Shown: piece by piece, positions 13,891 to 26,700 of the stretch
Numbering within the stretch: position 1 is the first letter of the stretch
Layout of the letters: each line of letters starts with the position of its first letter
DNA from: Octopus sinensis
Lineage: Eukaryota
Direction of reading: 5' to 3'
Length of the DNA stretch: 64,000 bases
Assembly (NCBI RefSeq): GCF_006345805.1
Contig: NC_043016.1
Location: 16,616,001 to 16,680,000 of the forward strand
The notes under the pieces: model-generated
What the model was told of the DNA's origin: nothing
Seen by the model: the letters and a program-made list of their open reading frames with translations, nothing else
Databases searched by the model: none
Translations under genes and position numbers: made by a program

Positions 13891-14448
13891 ATATGTTAAT
13901 GTATATGTATATATATATATTATATATATGTATATGTATATGTATATATATATATATATTATATGTATATATATCCTCTGTAAAAAGCATAAGTCCGAAA
14001 AAAGAATTACACTCTAAGACATTGACCAGTATATATTAAAAATGAGGTAGGCTGGTTTTATGAGATTATCTTGTGCCTCGTTATAGGTTTGCCATCCATA
14101 AGGGGTTTTAGCATTATGAACATATCATCAGATCTGACAATTCACCTTAAATCTAAACCCTTTGTGGACAGGAAACCTAAGGTAATCCTTTAAGCAGCCT
14201 TCCCCATTTCATTTATATATATACTCTCTTTTACTTGTTTCAGCCATTTGACTGTGGCCATGCTTGAGCACCACCTTTAGTCGAGCAAATCGACCCCAGG
14301 ACTTATTCTTTGTAAGCCTAGTACTTATTCATTTGGTCTCTTAGCTGAATCGCTAAGTTACAGGGACGTAAACACACCAGCATTGGTTGTCAAGTGACGT
14401 TAGGGGATAAACAAAGACACACACATACATACATATATATATATATAT

Positions 14449-14505
<57 letters not shown>

Positions 14506-14668
14506 TATACGACAGGCTTCTTTCAGTTTCAGTCTACCAAATCCACTAACAAGGCTTTGGTCGGCCCAAGGCTATAGTAGAAGATACTTGCCTCTTAGGA
14601 ACCACACAGGGGGACTAAACCTGGAACCATGTGGTTGGTTAGCAAGCTACTTACCACACAGCCACACC

Positions 14669-14717
<49 letters not shown>

Positions 14718-15542
14718 ATAATAATAAATATTAGGGAATAAATCCAATTTACAGGGAAAAAATCAGATTTAGGATTAAATCGATTTTATAGTAAAATATT
14801 ATAAATATTATTCGAGACAAAACCACTATTTTGCAAAACAAACAAGGAAAGACTTAATCAATACATAAAATTTAATAAATAGTCATTGACTATTTATTAA
14901 AATTTATGTATTGATTAAGTCTTTCCTTGTTTGTTTTGCAAATAGTGGTTTTGTCTCGAATAATATTTTATATATATATATATTATATATATTATATACA
15001 TATGTATATATATATAACTCCAAGAAAGTTAGAGGTTGTGAATCCAACCCACTAAGGGATAATATCTATCAAATATTTTGCTGGTAGAATACCCAATTAT
15101 TAATACACAAGTGTTTTTTTATTGCATTGCAGTTACATTACTGAGTGTACTAAATGGGTGACAGTAAAGAGATATTTTATCATTAATTTATAGAGCAATA
15201 AGAAAATGGAGGGGATCAATAGGTGGTTCATCAACTTTTAGACATTATATTATGTCAACTTATTTATTTATTCACTAGAATGACAATTACAAGAATATAC
15301 ATACATATAACATATCCCTTAGTGGGTTGGATTAACAACCTCTAACTTTCTTGGAGTTAAATAATAATTAAATGAGGACTATCTATTGCTAATACTTGTA
15401 TGTGGAGAAGCTACATAACATTGCTTATGAGAGTGAGTACATTTGAGTATGGTATGGTAGACCCTCAAAATGAATACTGCTGGAAAAATGGAGATGATAA
15501 AGATGGACTCATCACTGAAGAACATACCTATCCTACCTAAAT

Positions 15543-16085
15543 GTGGAAGCGTGTGGCTTAGTGGTTAGGGTGTCAGCATCATGATCGTAAGATTGTGGTT
15601 TCGATTCCTGGACCGGGCGTACGTTGTGTTCTTGAGCAAGACACTTCATTTCATGTGGCTCCAGTCCACTCAGCTGGTAAAAAATGAGTAACACTGCGAT
15701 GGACTGGCGTCCCATCAGGTGGGGAACACATACGCCATTGAAACTGGGAAACCAGGCCCATGAACCAGGCTAAAAATGTGGAGGCACATGGTCTAGTGGT
15801 TAGAGCAGCAGACTTGCAGTCGACGGATAGCGAGTTCGAATCTCAGACCGGGCGATGTGTGTGTTTAAGAGCGAAACAGCTAAGCTCCACGTGGCTCTGG
15901 CAGAAGGTAATGGCAAACTTCTGCTGACTCTTTCGCCACAACTTTCACTCTTTCCTCCTGCATCTTGCAGCTCACCTGCGATGGACCAGCGTCCTGCCCA
16001 GGTGTAGAACCTATACACCAAGGAAACCAGAAAACTGGCCCTTATGAGCCAGGCATGGCTAGAGAAGGAACAAACAAAACAACTA
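15543..16085 (+). mobile_element. Two adjacent tRNA-derived SINEs of other families
   Basis: TGGCTTAGTGG/GTTTCGATTCC and TGGTCTAGTGG/GTTCGAATC Pol III boxes; (AAAC)n tail. Confidence 0.8.
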
Positions 16086-16275
16086 TCCCACCTAAAGACA
16101 CATATATTAAAGAATTAATCTTTAGGATAAATGAATTTATTCATAGAAAAAAGCATAATATGTTATATGTATGTATATTATTGTAATTATCAATTTAGTA
16201 AATAAATAAATAAGTTAACATAATATAATGTCTCCATTTTCTTATTGCTATATATATATATACATATATACATAT

Positions 16276-16329
<54 letters not shown>

Positions 16330-16938
16330 AGCCCCTTGTGGGTAGTAAGCACCCACTACACTCACGGAGTGGTTGGCGTTAGGAAGGGCATCCAGCTGTA
16401 GAAACACTGCCAGATCTGACTGGGCCTGACGAAGCCTTCCAGGTTCACAGACCCCAGTTGAACCGTCCAACCCATGCTAGCATGGAAAGCGGACGCTAAA
16501 TGATGACGATGATGATTATGATAAATAAGGAAAAGGTGGTTATTTAAAATATTGATCTTATCAGGTGGCCAGCATGGGAATGAAAACCTTCAAAATTAAT
16601 AATTATTTAAAACTATAATTTAGGGTATTAAGAGATACCACCACGCTAGAAATAGCAGCCAAAACTTGGCTCTGAAACCACATTAAATGTTCATACAGCA
16701 CCTGGACAGAAGAGAAAGAGACACAATAAACTAGTAAAAAATTACTGGATAACTCCAGATCCCGAATTTCTGGCTCTCCATAAGAAATGCTTTGTTGAAG
16801 CATTTAGTTACGGGGACATAAATGCATCAGTTGTCAAGCAATGTTGGGTGGGACAAACACAGACACATAAACAAGCTACTTATCACATAGCCAATCATGT
16901 AGCTATATATATACATATATATATACACACACACATAC

Positions 16939-16975
<37 letters not shown>

Positions 16976-17073
16976 GTTAATCCAAACAAGAAAGCATAAA
17001 AAAACACAACAACGCGAGGACGTGGAACAAATAAAGTATTATTGGATGCTCAGGAAAGAAGGAAAGAAGGAGG

Positions 17074-17109
17074 GTTTTTACGTTTCGAGCGGTGCTCTTC
17101 GTCGGAAAC
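17074..17109 (-). ncRNA. Family A hammerhead motif (host repeat ~16975-17152)
   Basis: Minus strand GTTT-CCGACGA-A-GAGC(acc)GCTC-GAAA-CG-TA-AAAAC. Confidence 0.6.
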
Positions 17110-17189
17110 ATAGGAGAAGGAAAGATCCAGAGAAGGGAAGACAGAGGAAAAATATATATATATATATGTATGTATATATATTATATATG

Positions 17190-17224
<35 letters not shown>

Positions 17225-17581
17225 ATATATATATGTATATATATAGCTACATGATTGGCTATGTGATAAGTAGCTTGCTTACCAACCACATGGTTCCAGT
17301 TTCAGTCCCACTGTGTGGCATCTTGGGCAAGTGTCTTCTACTATAGCATTGGGCCAACCAAAGAGACCGATAGAATAAGTACTAGGCTTACAAGGAATAA
17401 GTCCTGGGATCGATTTGCTTGACTAAAGGCGGTGCTCCAGCATGGTCGCAGTCAAAAGACTGAAACAAGTAAAAGAGTGAAAGAATATATATACTTATAT
17501 ATACGAGCATATACATACATATATATGCACATATGTACACGACCTGTTAAATTTATGTGTATTTATGTGCTATCCGCATAT

Positions 17582-17640
17582 ATTTCACTGATGAAGGCAA
17601 AGCATTTCTTACGGAGAGCCAGAAATCTGGGATCTGGAAT
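17582..17640 (+). ncRNA. Type-I hammerhead motif (family C)
   Basis: ATTTCA-CTGATGA-A-GGC...GCC-A-GAAA-TC(tgg)GA-TC-TGGAAT: 6-bp stem I, 3-bp helix III, AUC site. A truncated inverted relative lies at ~16560-16800. Confidence 0.6.
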
Positions 17641-17789
17641 TATCCAGTAATGTTTTTACTGGTTATTTTGTCTCCTTGTCTTCTCTCCTGGTGCTGTATG
17701 AACATTTAATGTGGTTTTAAAGTCAAGTTTTGGCTGCTATTTCTAGCGTTGTGGTTTCTCTTAGATACCCTAAATTATAATTAAAATAG

Positions 17790-18527
17790 ATGAACATCAA
17801 TGGAATTTGTATCTTTGTGGTACCAGTGCCGGTGACACGTGGCACATAAGAAAACCATCCGAACGTGGCCGTAGCCAGTACCGAATCGACTGGCCTCCGT
17901 GCTGTGGGCACGTAACAAGCACCATCCGATCGTGGCCGTTTGCCAGCCTCATCTGGCACCTGTGTCGTGGCACATAAAAACACCATCCGAGCATGGCCGT
18001 CTGCCAGCCTCGTCTGGCACCTGTGTCGGTGGCACATAAAAACACCATCCGAGCGTGGCCGTCTGCCAGCCTCGTCTGGCACCTGTGTCGGTGGCACATA
18101 AAAACACCATCCGAGCGTGGCCGTCTGCCAGCCTCGTCTGGCACCTGTGTCGGTGGCACATAAAAAAACACCTCCGAGCGTGGCCGTTGCCAGCCTCGTC
18201 TGGCACCTGTGTCGGTGGCACATAAAAACACCATCCGAGCGTGGCCATCTGCCAGCCTCGTCTGGCACCTGTGTCGGTGGCACATAAAAAAACACCCTCC
18301 GAGCGTGGCCGTTTGCCAGCCTCGTCTGGCACCTGTGTCGGTGGCACATAAAATCCCCCACTACACTCTCGGAGTGGTTGGCGTTAGGAAGGGCATCCAG
18401 CTGTAGAAACACTGCCAGATCTGACTGGACTGGTGCAGCTTTCGGGCTCCCCAGACCCCAGTTGAACCGTCCAACCCATGCTAGCATGGAAAGCGGACGT
18501 TAAATGATGATGATGATGATGATGATG
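17790..18527 (+). repeat. RTE 3'UTR with ~62-bp minisatellite (~8 units) and (GAT)n tail
   Basis: CACCATCCGAGCGTGGCCGTCTGCCAGCCTCGTCTGGCACCTGTGTCGGTGGCACATAAAAA repeated; the same 3' module ends both longer RTE copies. Confidence 0.88.
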
Positions 18528-18644
18528 TATATATGCGCAGGAGTGGCTGTGTGGTAAAGAGCTTGCTTACCAACCACAAGTTCAGTCTCATTTGGGCAAG
18601 TGCATTCTAATATAGCCTCGGGCCGACCAAAGCCTTGTTAGTGG

Positions 18645-19698
18645 TGTAGAGAATACGACCATATGTAAGGAGTTGGTGACAAATGTCTCCTTTTCAGCGC
18701 TGCACGGTCGCCCCTAACATAATAAGAAGCCACATACATGATATAAAATACAGTGCCAATAGGAATGAATGAGGACAACAAACCGTTCTACTGTTTGAGA
18801 GAGAAGAAGACTTTATTCACAATGTGTTTACAAAGAGAGTGTGTGTGAGTGCTAGCAAGATGGAGTGTATGTGTGCATGTGACAAGTGTTTGTGTCTGTG
18901 TGTTCGTGTGTGTGACAGAAGGTGAATGCGTATACAACAGAAATACAAAGCATAAGATGAATGTCTCAGCATATTGAGTTAAGATGGAATTTGTTTACCA
19001 GTTTGTACCTGAGGTACATGATAGCAAGAATTCTATAACAAGATGTTGGAGGTCACGAGACAGAGGCCAGTTGGGGCACATGTTGTACAGCAGTTGGGGC
19101 CCTCAATGCTGTGCCGAGTCTCTTGATACAGTAAGTTTTTTTACAAGTTGACTGTGCTATTTTACCCGGGTGAATATTCACAAACAGCGAGGAGTTTAAA
19201 CCTGGACGAGTGCTGTGTACATATTTGAAGTTGACGGTGGGAATAGCGACGATGGTGATGACGGTGGTGGAGATGGAGAATGTGCTGTCTGTCGCTGGTG
19301 TATAATAACGTTTTCATGGCTGGAGCAGTAGCATGGGTGGCTGGCTGACTGGTCGTCTGTCGCTTGAACTGGAACACAGCTGAGTAGCTCTATGGTCAGT
19401 GACTAGACCTCAGAAGATCTAAAGCCAAAAGACGTAGAATAGTGAATGCTGGCCTATTTATAGCCTGTGGTAGGCTCAAAATGAAGGATTAGAGAAAGTG
19501 TCATGAGACCTTATCCAAAGGCCATGATTGGTTGGCTTACACACTGGCGCAAAATAAGTTGAAAGACAAACTGCACCAAATACCAATAAATCAAAGCAGT
19601 GGACACAACAGGATCTAACTAGCCAAAGATGGTTGTAATCTCAAACGAGATCATTCCTAATGTGTCTCTAAAACAGTGAGGACATCAATATCGCTACA
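18645..19698 (-). mobile_element. Solo LTR (~1054 bp, probably Ty3/Gypsy) inserted in a SINE
   Basis: TGTAGAGAATA...TATCGCTACA termini; GTGG TSD (18641-18644 and 19699-19702) splits the SINE motif gccttgtgagtggatttgg. TATAAATA (19462-19455) and AATAAA (18817-18812) are on the minus strand. Confidence 0.85.
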
Positions 19699-20746
19699 GT
19701 GGATTTGGTAGATGGAAACTGAAAGAAGCTCGTCGTATATATATATAAATAAATACAGTGTACATTTAAACACATAAGAGATGGCCATCTGACTCGCTAG
19801 AAAGAGTAGTTAAACTACATACCACTTTAACTACTCTTTCTAGCGAGACAGATGTCCTGTTACGGCCGTCTCTTATGTGTTTAAATGTACACTGTATTTT
19901 TATATGAATAATACATAGTCTATTGACTAGTTTTTTCTTCTTGCTAGACCAATGGTAGCAAAGAATTCTTCTAAATGTTTTTGCTACCCTAAGATTTATC
20001 CACAAGGTTCCGAGTTCAGTCCCACTTCACGGCACCTTGGGCAAGTGTTTTCTACTATAGCCTTGTGAGTGGATTTGGTAGACGGAAACTGAAAGAAGCC
20101 CGTCATATATATAAAACAACCACTATGGTTCTCAAGCGATGTTGGGGGGACAAACACAGACACAAACATATACCTACATATATATATATATATATATATA
20201 CATACATATATATGACAGGCTTCTTTTCAGTTTCCATCTACCAAATCCACTCACAAGGCTTTGATAGGCATGAGGCTATAGTAGAAGACACCCACCTAAG
20301 GTGCCACGCAGTGGGACTAAACCCGGAACCCTGTGGTTGGTAAGCAAGCTACTTACCACACAGCTACACCTGTGCCTATATATATGTACTCTTTTACTTG
20401 TTTCAGTCATTTGACTGTGGCCATGCTGGAGCACCGCCTTTAGTTGAGCAAATCAACCCCAGGACTTTTCTTTGTAAGCCTAGTACTTATTCTATCAGGT
20501 ACTTTTGCCGAACCGCTAAGTTACATATATACGATGGGTTTCTTTCAGTTTCCGTCTACCAAATCCACTCACAAGGCTTTGGTCTGCCTGAGGCTACAGT
20601 AGAAGACACTTGCCCAAGGTGCCACGCAGTGGGACTGAACCCGGAACCATGTGGTTGGTAAGCAAGTTACTTACCACACAGCCACTCCTACGCCTATATA
20701 TATATATTCTTTTATTTGTTATCTGCGACCATACTGGAGCACCGCC

Positions 20747-20782
<36 letters not shown>

Positions 20783-21629
20783 CTGGAGGCGTGTTGTTAT
20801 AGCTAGGTGGTGTCTATCATCGTTCTCCGATGGCCACATTCTGTGGTTGGTGTAAGGTAAAAAATTTCAGAACATTAACGAAACATGCCCCCGATTTGGG
20901 TAACACGGTCATTTTATTAATAACAAACTCTATGTTGTTAAGCATTACGTTCAATTAACATGTGAGCTGTGAGGAAAAATGGAAAAGTATTAAGGAAAAT
21001 ACGGTTTTTATTTAAGAAACGGGTACTATTTAAGAAGAGTGATCCCGGTGCGCGCACTCGCGTATCTGCGCTAGCTAGTCGTGACCAGTTGATCCTACAA
21101 CTACCTAGGAAAGTAAATAATTTTTTAAAACAAAGTAAATAAAACGCAAATGCGCAAAGTAAGGATCGATTAGTCACGACTAGCTAGTCGGATGCGCGAG
21201 TACAGTACCAAAAAACGTAAAGATATGTAAGGAGTGGCTGTGTGGTAAGTAGCTTGCTTACCAACCACATGGTTCCAGGTTCAGTCCCACTGCGTGGCAC
21301 CTTGGGCAGGTATCTTCTATTTATAGCCTGGGCCGATCAAAGCCTTGGGAGTGGATTTGCTAGACGGAAACTGAAAGAAGCCCGTCGTATACATGTATAT
21401 ATATATGTGTGTATGTGTGTATATGTTTGTGTGTCTGTGTTTGTACCCCCAACATCGCTTGACAACCGATGCTGGTGTGTTTACGTCCTCGTAACTTAGC
21501 GGTTCGGCAAAAGGGACTGATAGTATAAGTACTATGCATCCAAAGAATAAGTCCTGGGGTCGATTTGCTCGACTAAAGGCGGTGCTCCAGCTTGGTCACA
21601 ATCACATCACTGAACCAAGTAAAAGAGTT

Positions 21630-21790
21630 ATCAGTTGATGAGAGACCTGGTCACCAATGGAGAAGTTCTTAAGCAGATCAAGCCGAAACTGTCGCTAGAA
21701 GCTAGGATCACCAAGCATAGATTGACATATTTTGGTCATATTATGCGGAGAAGGACATCATGCTCGGAATGGCCAGTGAGTAACAGAGAG
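21630..21790 (+). mobile_element. Short RTE (BovB-like) C-terminal fragment
   Basis: LSLEARITKHRLTYFGHIMRR motif. Confidence 0.65.
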
Positions 21791-21822
21791 TCGACTTCGA
21801 CTGAGCGGAGAGATAGATAGTT

Positions 21823-22115
21823 TTAACGTAATGGCTTCCTCTGTATGAGAGGGAGACTAAAAATATAAAGAGGGAAATTTTACCCTGACACCGCCTCAAG
21901 GTAATGGCTTCCTGTATGTGAGAGGGAGAATAAAATATAAAGAGGTAAATTTTGCCCTGACACCGAATCTGGGTGTCTTAACGTAATGGCTTCCTGAGAC
22001 TAAAAGAATAAAGAGGTAAATTTTGCCCTGACACCGGCTTACGTTTAATGACGTCATCGGTGCCCCCTCCCGCAATTATTTTTAAGTGTCGGCCATGGTA
22101 GAAGATTTCTGGTGA
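21823..22115 (+). promoter_or_regulatory. Putative MRCK proximal promoter/5' leader: triplicated ~60-70 bp module, CRE palindrome and short uORF
   Basis: GTAATGGCTTCCT...TAAAGAGG.AAATTT...CCCTGACACCG three times (21823-22036); ATGACGTCAT at 22048-22057; gccATGGTAGAAGATTTCTGGTGA (MVEDFW*) at 22095-22115. Transcription start is unknown. Confidence 0.45.
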
Positions 22116-22219
22116 ATAATTTCATGAAACCGAATGTCAGAAAACCTGCCTTGTTTTAAAATTTCGGCATTATTATACATCGTCTACGAGTAAAGTAGGT
22201 TTCTGTGACCCCGATAAAC

Positions 22220-22388
22220 ATGTCTGTTGGTGAACGCCTGAAAGAATTAGAGACTATTTATGTGACTGGCGGTCATGAAGATGCATTTAGCGTCGAGACC
22301 CTCCTTGATGTGCTCCTGGTTCTTTTTGATGAATGTTGCGCCTCAACTATGCGAAGAGAGAAGAATATTTCGGATTTCGTAGAATTCG
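22220..22388 (+). CDS. CDC42BPA: MRCK (CDC42-binding protein kinase / genghis khan) homolog, coding exon 1
   Basis: ATG at 22220 gives MSVGERLKELETIYVTGGHEDAFSVETLLDVLLVLFDECCASTMRREKNISDFVEF. This matches the MRCK/DMPK-family N-terminal motif FSVETLLD..LYDEC..S.LRREKNI. Donor is G|GTAATA (phase 1). The symbol denotes the MRCK ortholog group. Confidence 0.93.
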
Positions 22389-22564
22389 GTAATAACACAA
22401 GCTTTTTCCACTCTCCTTTTATACATAAATTTGCATTTTGCGATTATAATTGGATTATAATTACCATCATATCAGTGTCTTCTCCAACCCTTCCACCCAT
22501 AAATATGTGTGTGTGCGTACTTTTAGTACACACACACACTTATAAATATACTTGTGCCAATTAG

Positions 22565-23435
22565 AAGTCTTCCCACTGTTGATTATACTTAAGATTTTCA
22601 GCTTCTTCTGAAGCTCTACAGGAAAGACTTCCGCCCGTCTCCTTCCCCCCCTCTTTAATTTTTTCCCCAAATTTTTTAAATTTACAAATTTTTTTGGCCC
22701 CAAATCCCCTGTTTTCGGGATACGGAGGTTCCGGAAAATTGTCAAAAATCGGTATTGTGAAATTTTTTACCCCCCACTTTCCCCTCTCCCCTGCCACAAC
22801 TTCTTAAATTTTGACTCCCCCCTACACTAACCCTAAAACCTTGATCCTGTAACCGTAAGTACAGAAATGTGACTACACATAAGATCTCCAACTTCTTGTA
22901 AAGCTCGACTGGAAACACTTCCGCCCGTCTCCTTCCCCTCTTTATTTTTTTCCCAAACTTTTTTAAATTATAAATTTTTTTGGCCCCAAATCCTTCGTTT
23001 TCGGGATACGGGGGGTCCGGAAAATTGTCAAAAAATCGGTATTGTAACCCCCCCCTCTTTTCTCCGCCACAACTTCTTAAATTTTGACTTTTTTTCCCCC
23101 CTACACTAACCCTTACTCTAAAACCCTAACCCCGTAACCGTAAGTACAGAAATGTGACTATACATAAGATTTTCAACATCTTGTAAAGCTCTACTGGAAA
23201 GACTTCCGCCCGTCTCCCCCCACCCATTTAATTTTTTCCCAATTTTAAAAAAATTTACAAATTTTTTTGGCCCCAAATCTCCCGTTTTCGGGATACGGAG
23301 ATTCCGGAAAATTGCCAAAAATCGGTATTGTGAAATTTTTTATCCCTCCCCACACCTCTTTCTTCGCCACAACTTCCTAAATTTTGACCCCCCCCCTACA
23401 CTAACCTTAATCCCCGTAACCGTAAGTACAGAAAT
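22565..23435. repeat. Three tandem ~290-bp units of a dispersed element with CCCTAA-like tracts (relatives at ~1125-1330 and ~62680-62980)
   Basis: GAAASACTTCCGCCCGTCTCC at ~22622, 22912 and 23198; CTAACCCTAA motifs. Confidence 0.8.
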
Positions 23436-23764
23436 ATTTTGGAATTTTTTTTTCAGAATCAATCGCTGTATTTTTCTGCATATTTCGAAAAAAAAAAAAA
23501 AATTCTTAAAAAATATTTTACCAGATTTTTGGAAATTTTTTTCAGAATCATACTCACTGTATTTTTAGAATTTATTTTTTTATAAATTTAGAATTTTTAT
23601 ATATTTAGAAAGAAAAAAAAATTCTTAAAACTATTTTACAAAAATTTTTTGAAATTTTTTTTCAGAATCATAATGTACGTATTTTTCTGCATAAAAAAAA
23701 ATTTTACTAAAATTTTTGGAAATTTTGTTTTTAGAATTATAATCTGTGCATTTTTCTACATATT

Positions 23765-26700
23765 CTAATGGAGGCACCTCTATGAACACACAAATAGTGA
23801 GTGGTGTTCCACAGGGCACTGTCTTGTGATCACTGCTTTTTATAGTGGCCCTCTCAGATATGCTCTCAAATGCCCAGATAGCCACCCTTGCAAGCTATGC
23901 AGATGGTACGAAAGTCTCGCAGGAAATACAAAACCCTAGCAATGTTGCACACCTGCAGCAGGAGTTGGACTCAATTTATAGATGGGCTGAGGATAATAAT
24001 ATGCAATTTAATGCTGAAAATTTTCAAGCCCTGTGCTACCAGTATCATCATCATCATTTAGCGTCAACTTTCCATGCTAGCATGGGTTGGACGGTTCAAC
24101 TGGGGTCTGGTAGGCCAGAAGGCTGCACCAGGCCCAGTCTGATCTGGCAATGTTTCTACGGCTGGATGCCCTTCCTAACGCCAACCACTCTGTGAGTGTA
24201 GTGGGTGCTTTTTACGTGCCAGGCAAGGCTGGCAATGGCCACGATCGGATGTTGCTTTTTACGTGCCACCAGCATGGGGGCCAGGCGAGGCTGGCAATGG
24301 CCACATTTGGATGGTTCGCTTACGTGCCACTGGCACTGGTATCACAGCTACAATTTCCATTGATGTTGATCGATTTTGATTCTGATTCTCACTTGCCTCA
24401 ACAGGTCTTAACAAGTAGAGTTTTGTGTCCCAAGAAGGAAAGGTATGCATAAGTGGACTGCCTACATCCCAGGTAGAGGCCATGGGTTATGGTCTCACTT
24501 GTCCTGCCAGGTCTTCTCACGCACAGCACACTTCCATAGGTCTCGGTCTCTAGTCATTTCCTCGGTGAGACCTAAAGTTCGAAGGTCGTGCTTCACCACC
24601 TCGTCCCAGGTTTTCCTGGGTCTTCCTCTTCCACAGGTTCCCTCAACTCCTAGGGTGTGGCACTTTTTCACACAACTATCTTCATCCATTCTCTCCACAA
24701 GACCATACCAACGCAAACATCTCTCTTGCACACCACATCTGATGCTTCTTAGGTCCAACTTTTCTCTCAAGGTACTTACACTCTGTCGGGTATGAACACT
24801 GACATTACACATCCATTGGATCATACTGGCTTCATTTCTTGCGAGCTTACGCATATCCTCAGCAGTCACGGCCCATGTTTCACTGCCATGTAGCATGGCT
24901 GTTTGTACACATGCATCATACAGTCTGCCTTTTACTCTGAGCGAGAGGCCTTTTGTCCCTAGCAGAGGTAAGAGCTCTCTGAACTTTGCCCAGGCTATTC
25001 TTACTCTAGCAGTTACACTTTCAGCACACCTGCCCCCGCTACTGACTTGATCACCTAGGTAACGGAAACTATCAACTATTTCTAGTTTTTCTCCCTGGGA
25101 TGTGGCTGAAGATGGTCTCTGCACATTTTCAGTGTTTATTGCTCCTGAGCATCTGCCACATACAAAAACTATTTTCCTAGTTAGCCTTCCTTTGACATTG
25201 CTGCATCTCTTATGTGTCCATAGCTTACACTTGGTGCATCTTATAGAGTTTCTACCTACGCCTTTTCTACATATCGAGCAGGGCCATCTACCCAAAGGCG
25301 TATGTGATTTGTCCATCTTCCTACTTATTAGGACTTTGGTTTTAGCTAGGTTGACTCTAAGGCCCTTCGATTCTAATACCTTGCTTCCGCACCTGAAACT
25401 TCTCCAGTTCTGATAGTGACTCAGCAATTAGAGCAAAGTCATCAGCATAGAGGAGCTCCCAGGGGTATCCTGTCTTGAATTCCTCCGTTATTGTCTGGAA
25501 GACTATGATAAATAGGAGGGGCCGAGTACTGAGCCTTGGTGGACCCCAACCTCTGCCCGGAATTCTTCACTGTACTCGTTGCCAACGCTCACCTTACTAA
25601 CAGCGTCCCTGTACATGGCTCACACAGCTCTCACTAACCATTCATCTATCCCTAGTTTCCTCGTTGACCACCAGATAAGGGATTGGGGGACCCTGTCAAA
25701 GGCTTTCTCCATGTCAACAAAAGCCAGGTACAGAGGCTTATCTTTGGCTAGGTATTGCTCCTGCAGCTGTCTCACCAGGAATATGGCATCAGTGGTGCTT
25801 TTCCCTGGCATGAACCCAAACTGCATCTCATCCAAGCTAACTCTCTCCCTAATCAGTTGGGCTATAACCCTCTCCGTAACCTTCATTACCTGATCCAACA
25901 GCTTGATACCTCTGTAATTATTTGTATCTAGGGCGTCACCTTTACCTTTGTAGCAGTTGACTATTATGCCGCTACACCAGTCATTGGGAATGACTCCTTC
26001 GTGTATTACCTGGTTAACTATACGGGTGACTGGGCTTTAGCCGACACAGCCAGATAGGCCTGAGGCTTTCTCTGCATTCATACTCTTGATTGCTTTAACT
26101 ACCAAGGTACTGTCAACTCGGATAGCTGGTCCCTCTGTTGGGTCGATATTCGGCAGACTCTCTTTATCCCATTCATTTTCCTTATTCAGCAGCCTTTCAT
26201 AAAGGCATCTCCAAACCTCTCTCTTTGCATCCTCATTCAGCGCAAGTGAACCATCATCCATGTAAACACATTTCTCTCCTACCACGTCACAATTCTCTCT
26301 CACACACTGTCTTGCAACACGAAATACCTCAAGTCTTTGGTCCTCACGGCGCAAAACATTGGCAAATTTTTTCTTATCTGCTTCCCCTCTGGCTAAATAC
26401 ACCTGCCTCCTAGCTTCCCTTCTGGCAGTCTGATACACTTTCCTGCTACCACCGTTCTTCCAGTCCTTCCAAGCCTGTTTCTTTTGTCTAATAACCCTGT
26501 CAACAACATTGTTCCACCACCACGTTACCCTGGGTCTTGAGAGGACTCTGCACCAACCACAGATTTGGTCAGTGGCCCTTAGCAGGTTGTCCCTTAGAGA
26601 CCTCCAGTTGTCTTCTACCTCAAGTGAAGCTATATCCCCTTCTATTTTGTCAAAGGCTTCAAGTGATATGTCTCTAAATCTCTGTCCACTCTCAGGATCT

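Noticed and set aside
17723-18487. 254-aa ORF with internal repeats
   Set aside because: It is the antisense reading of the 62-bp RTE 3'UTR minisatellite, which is open in several frames.
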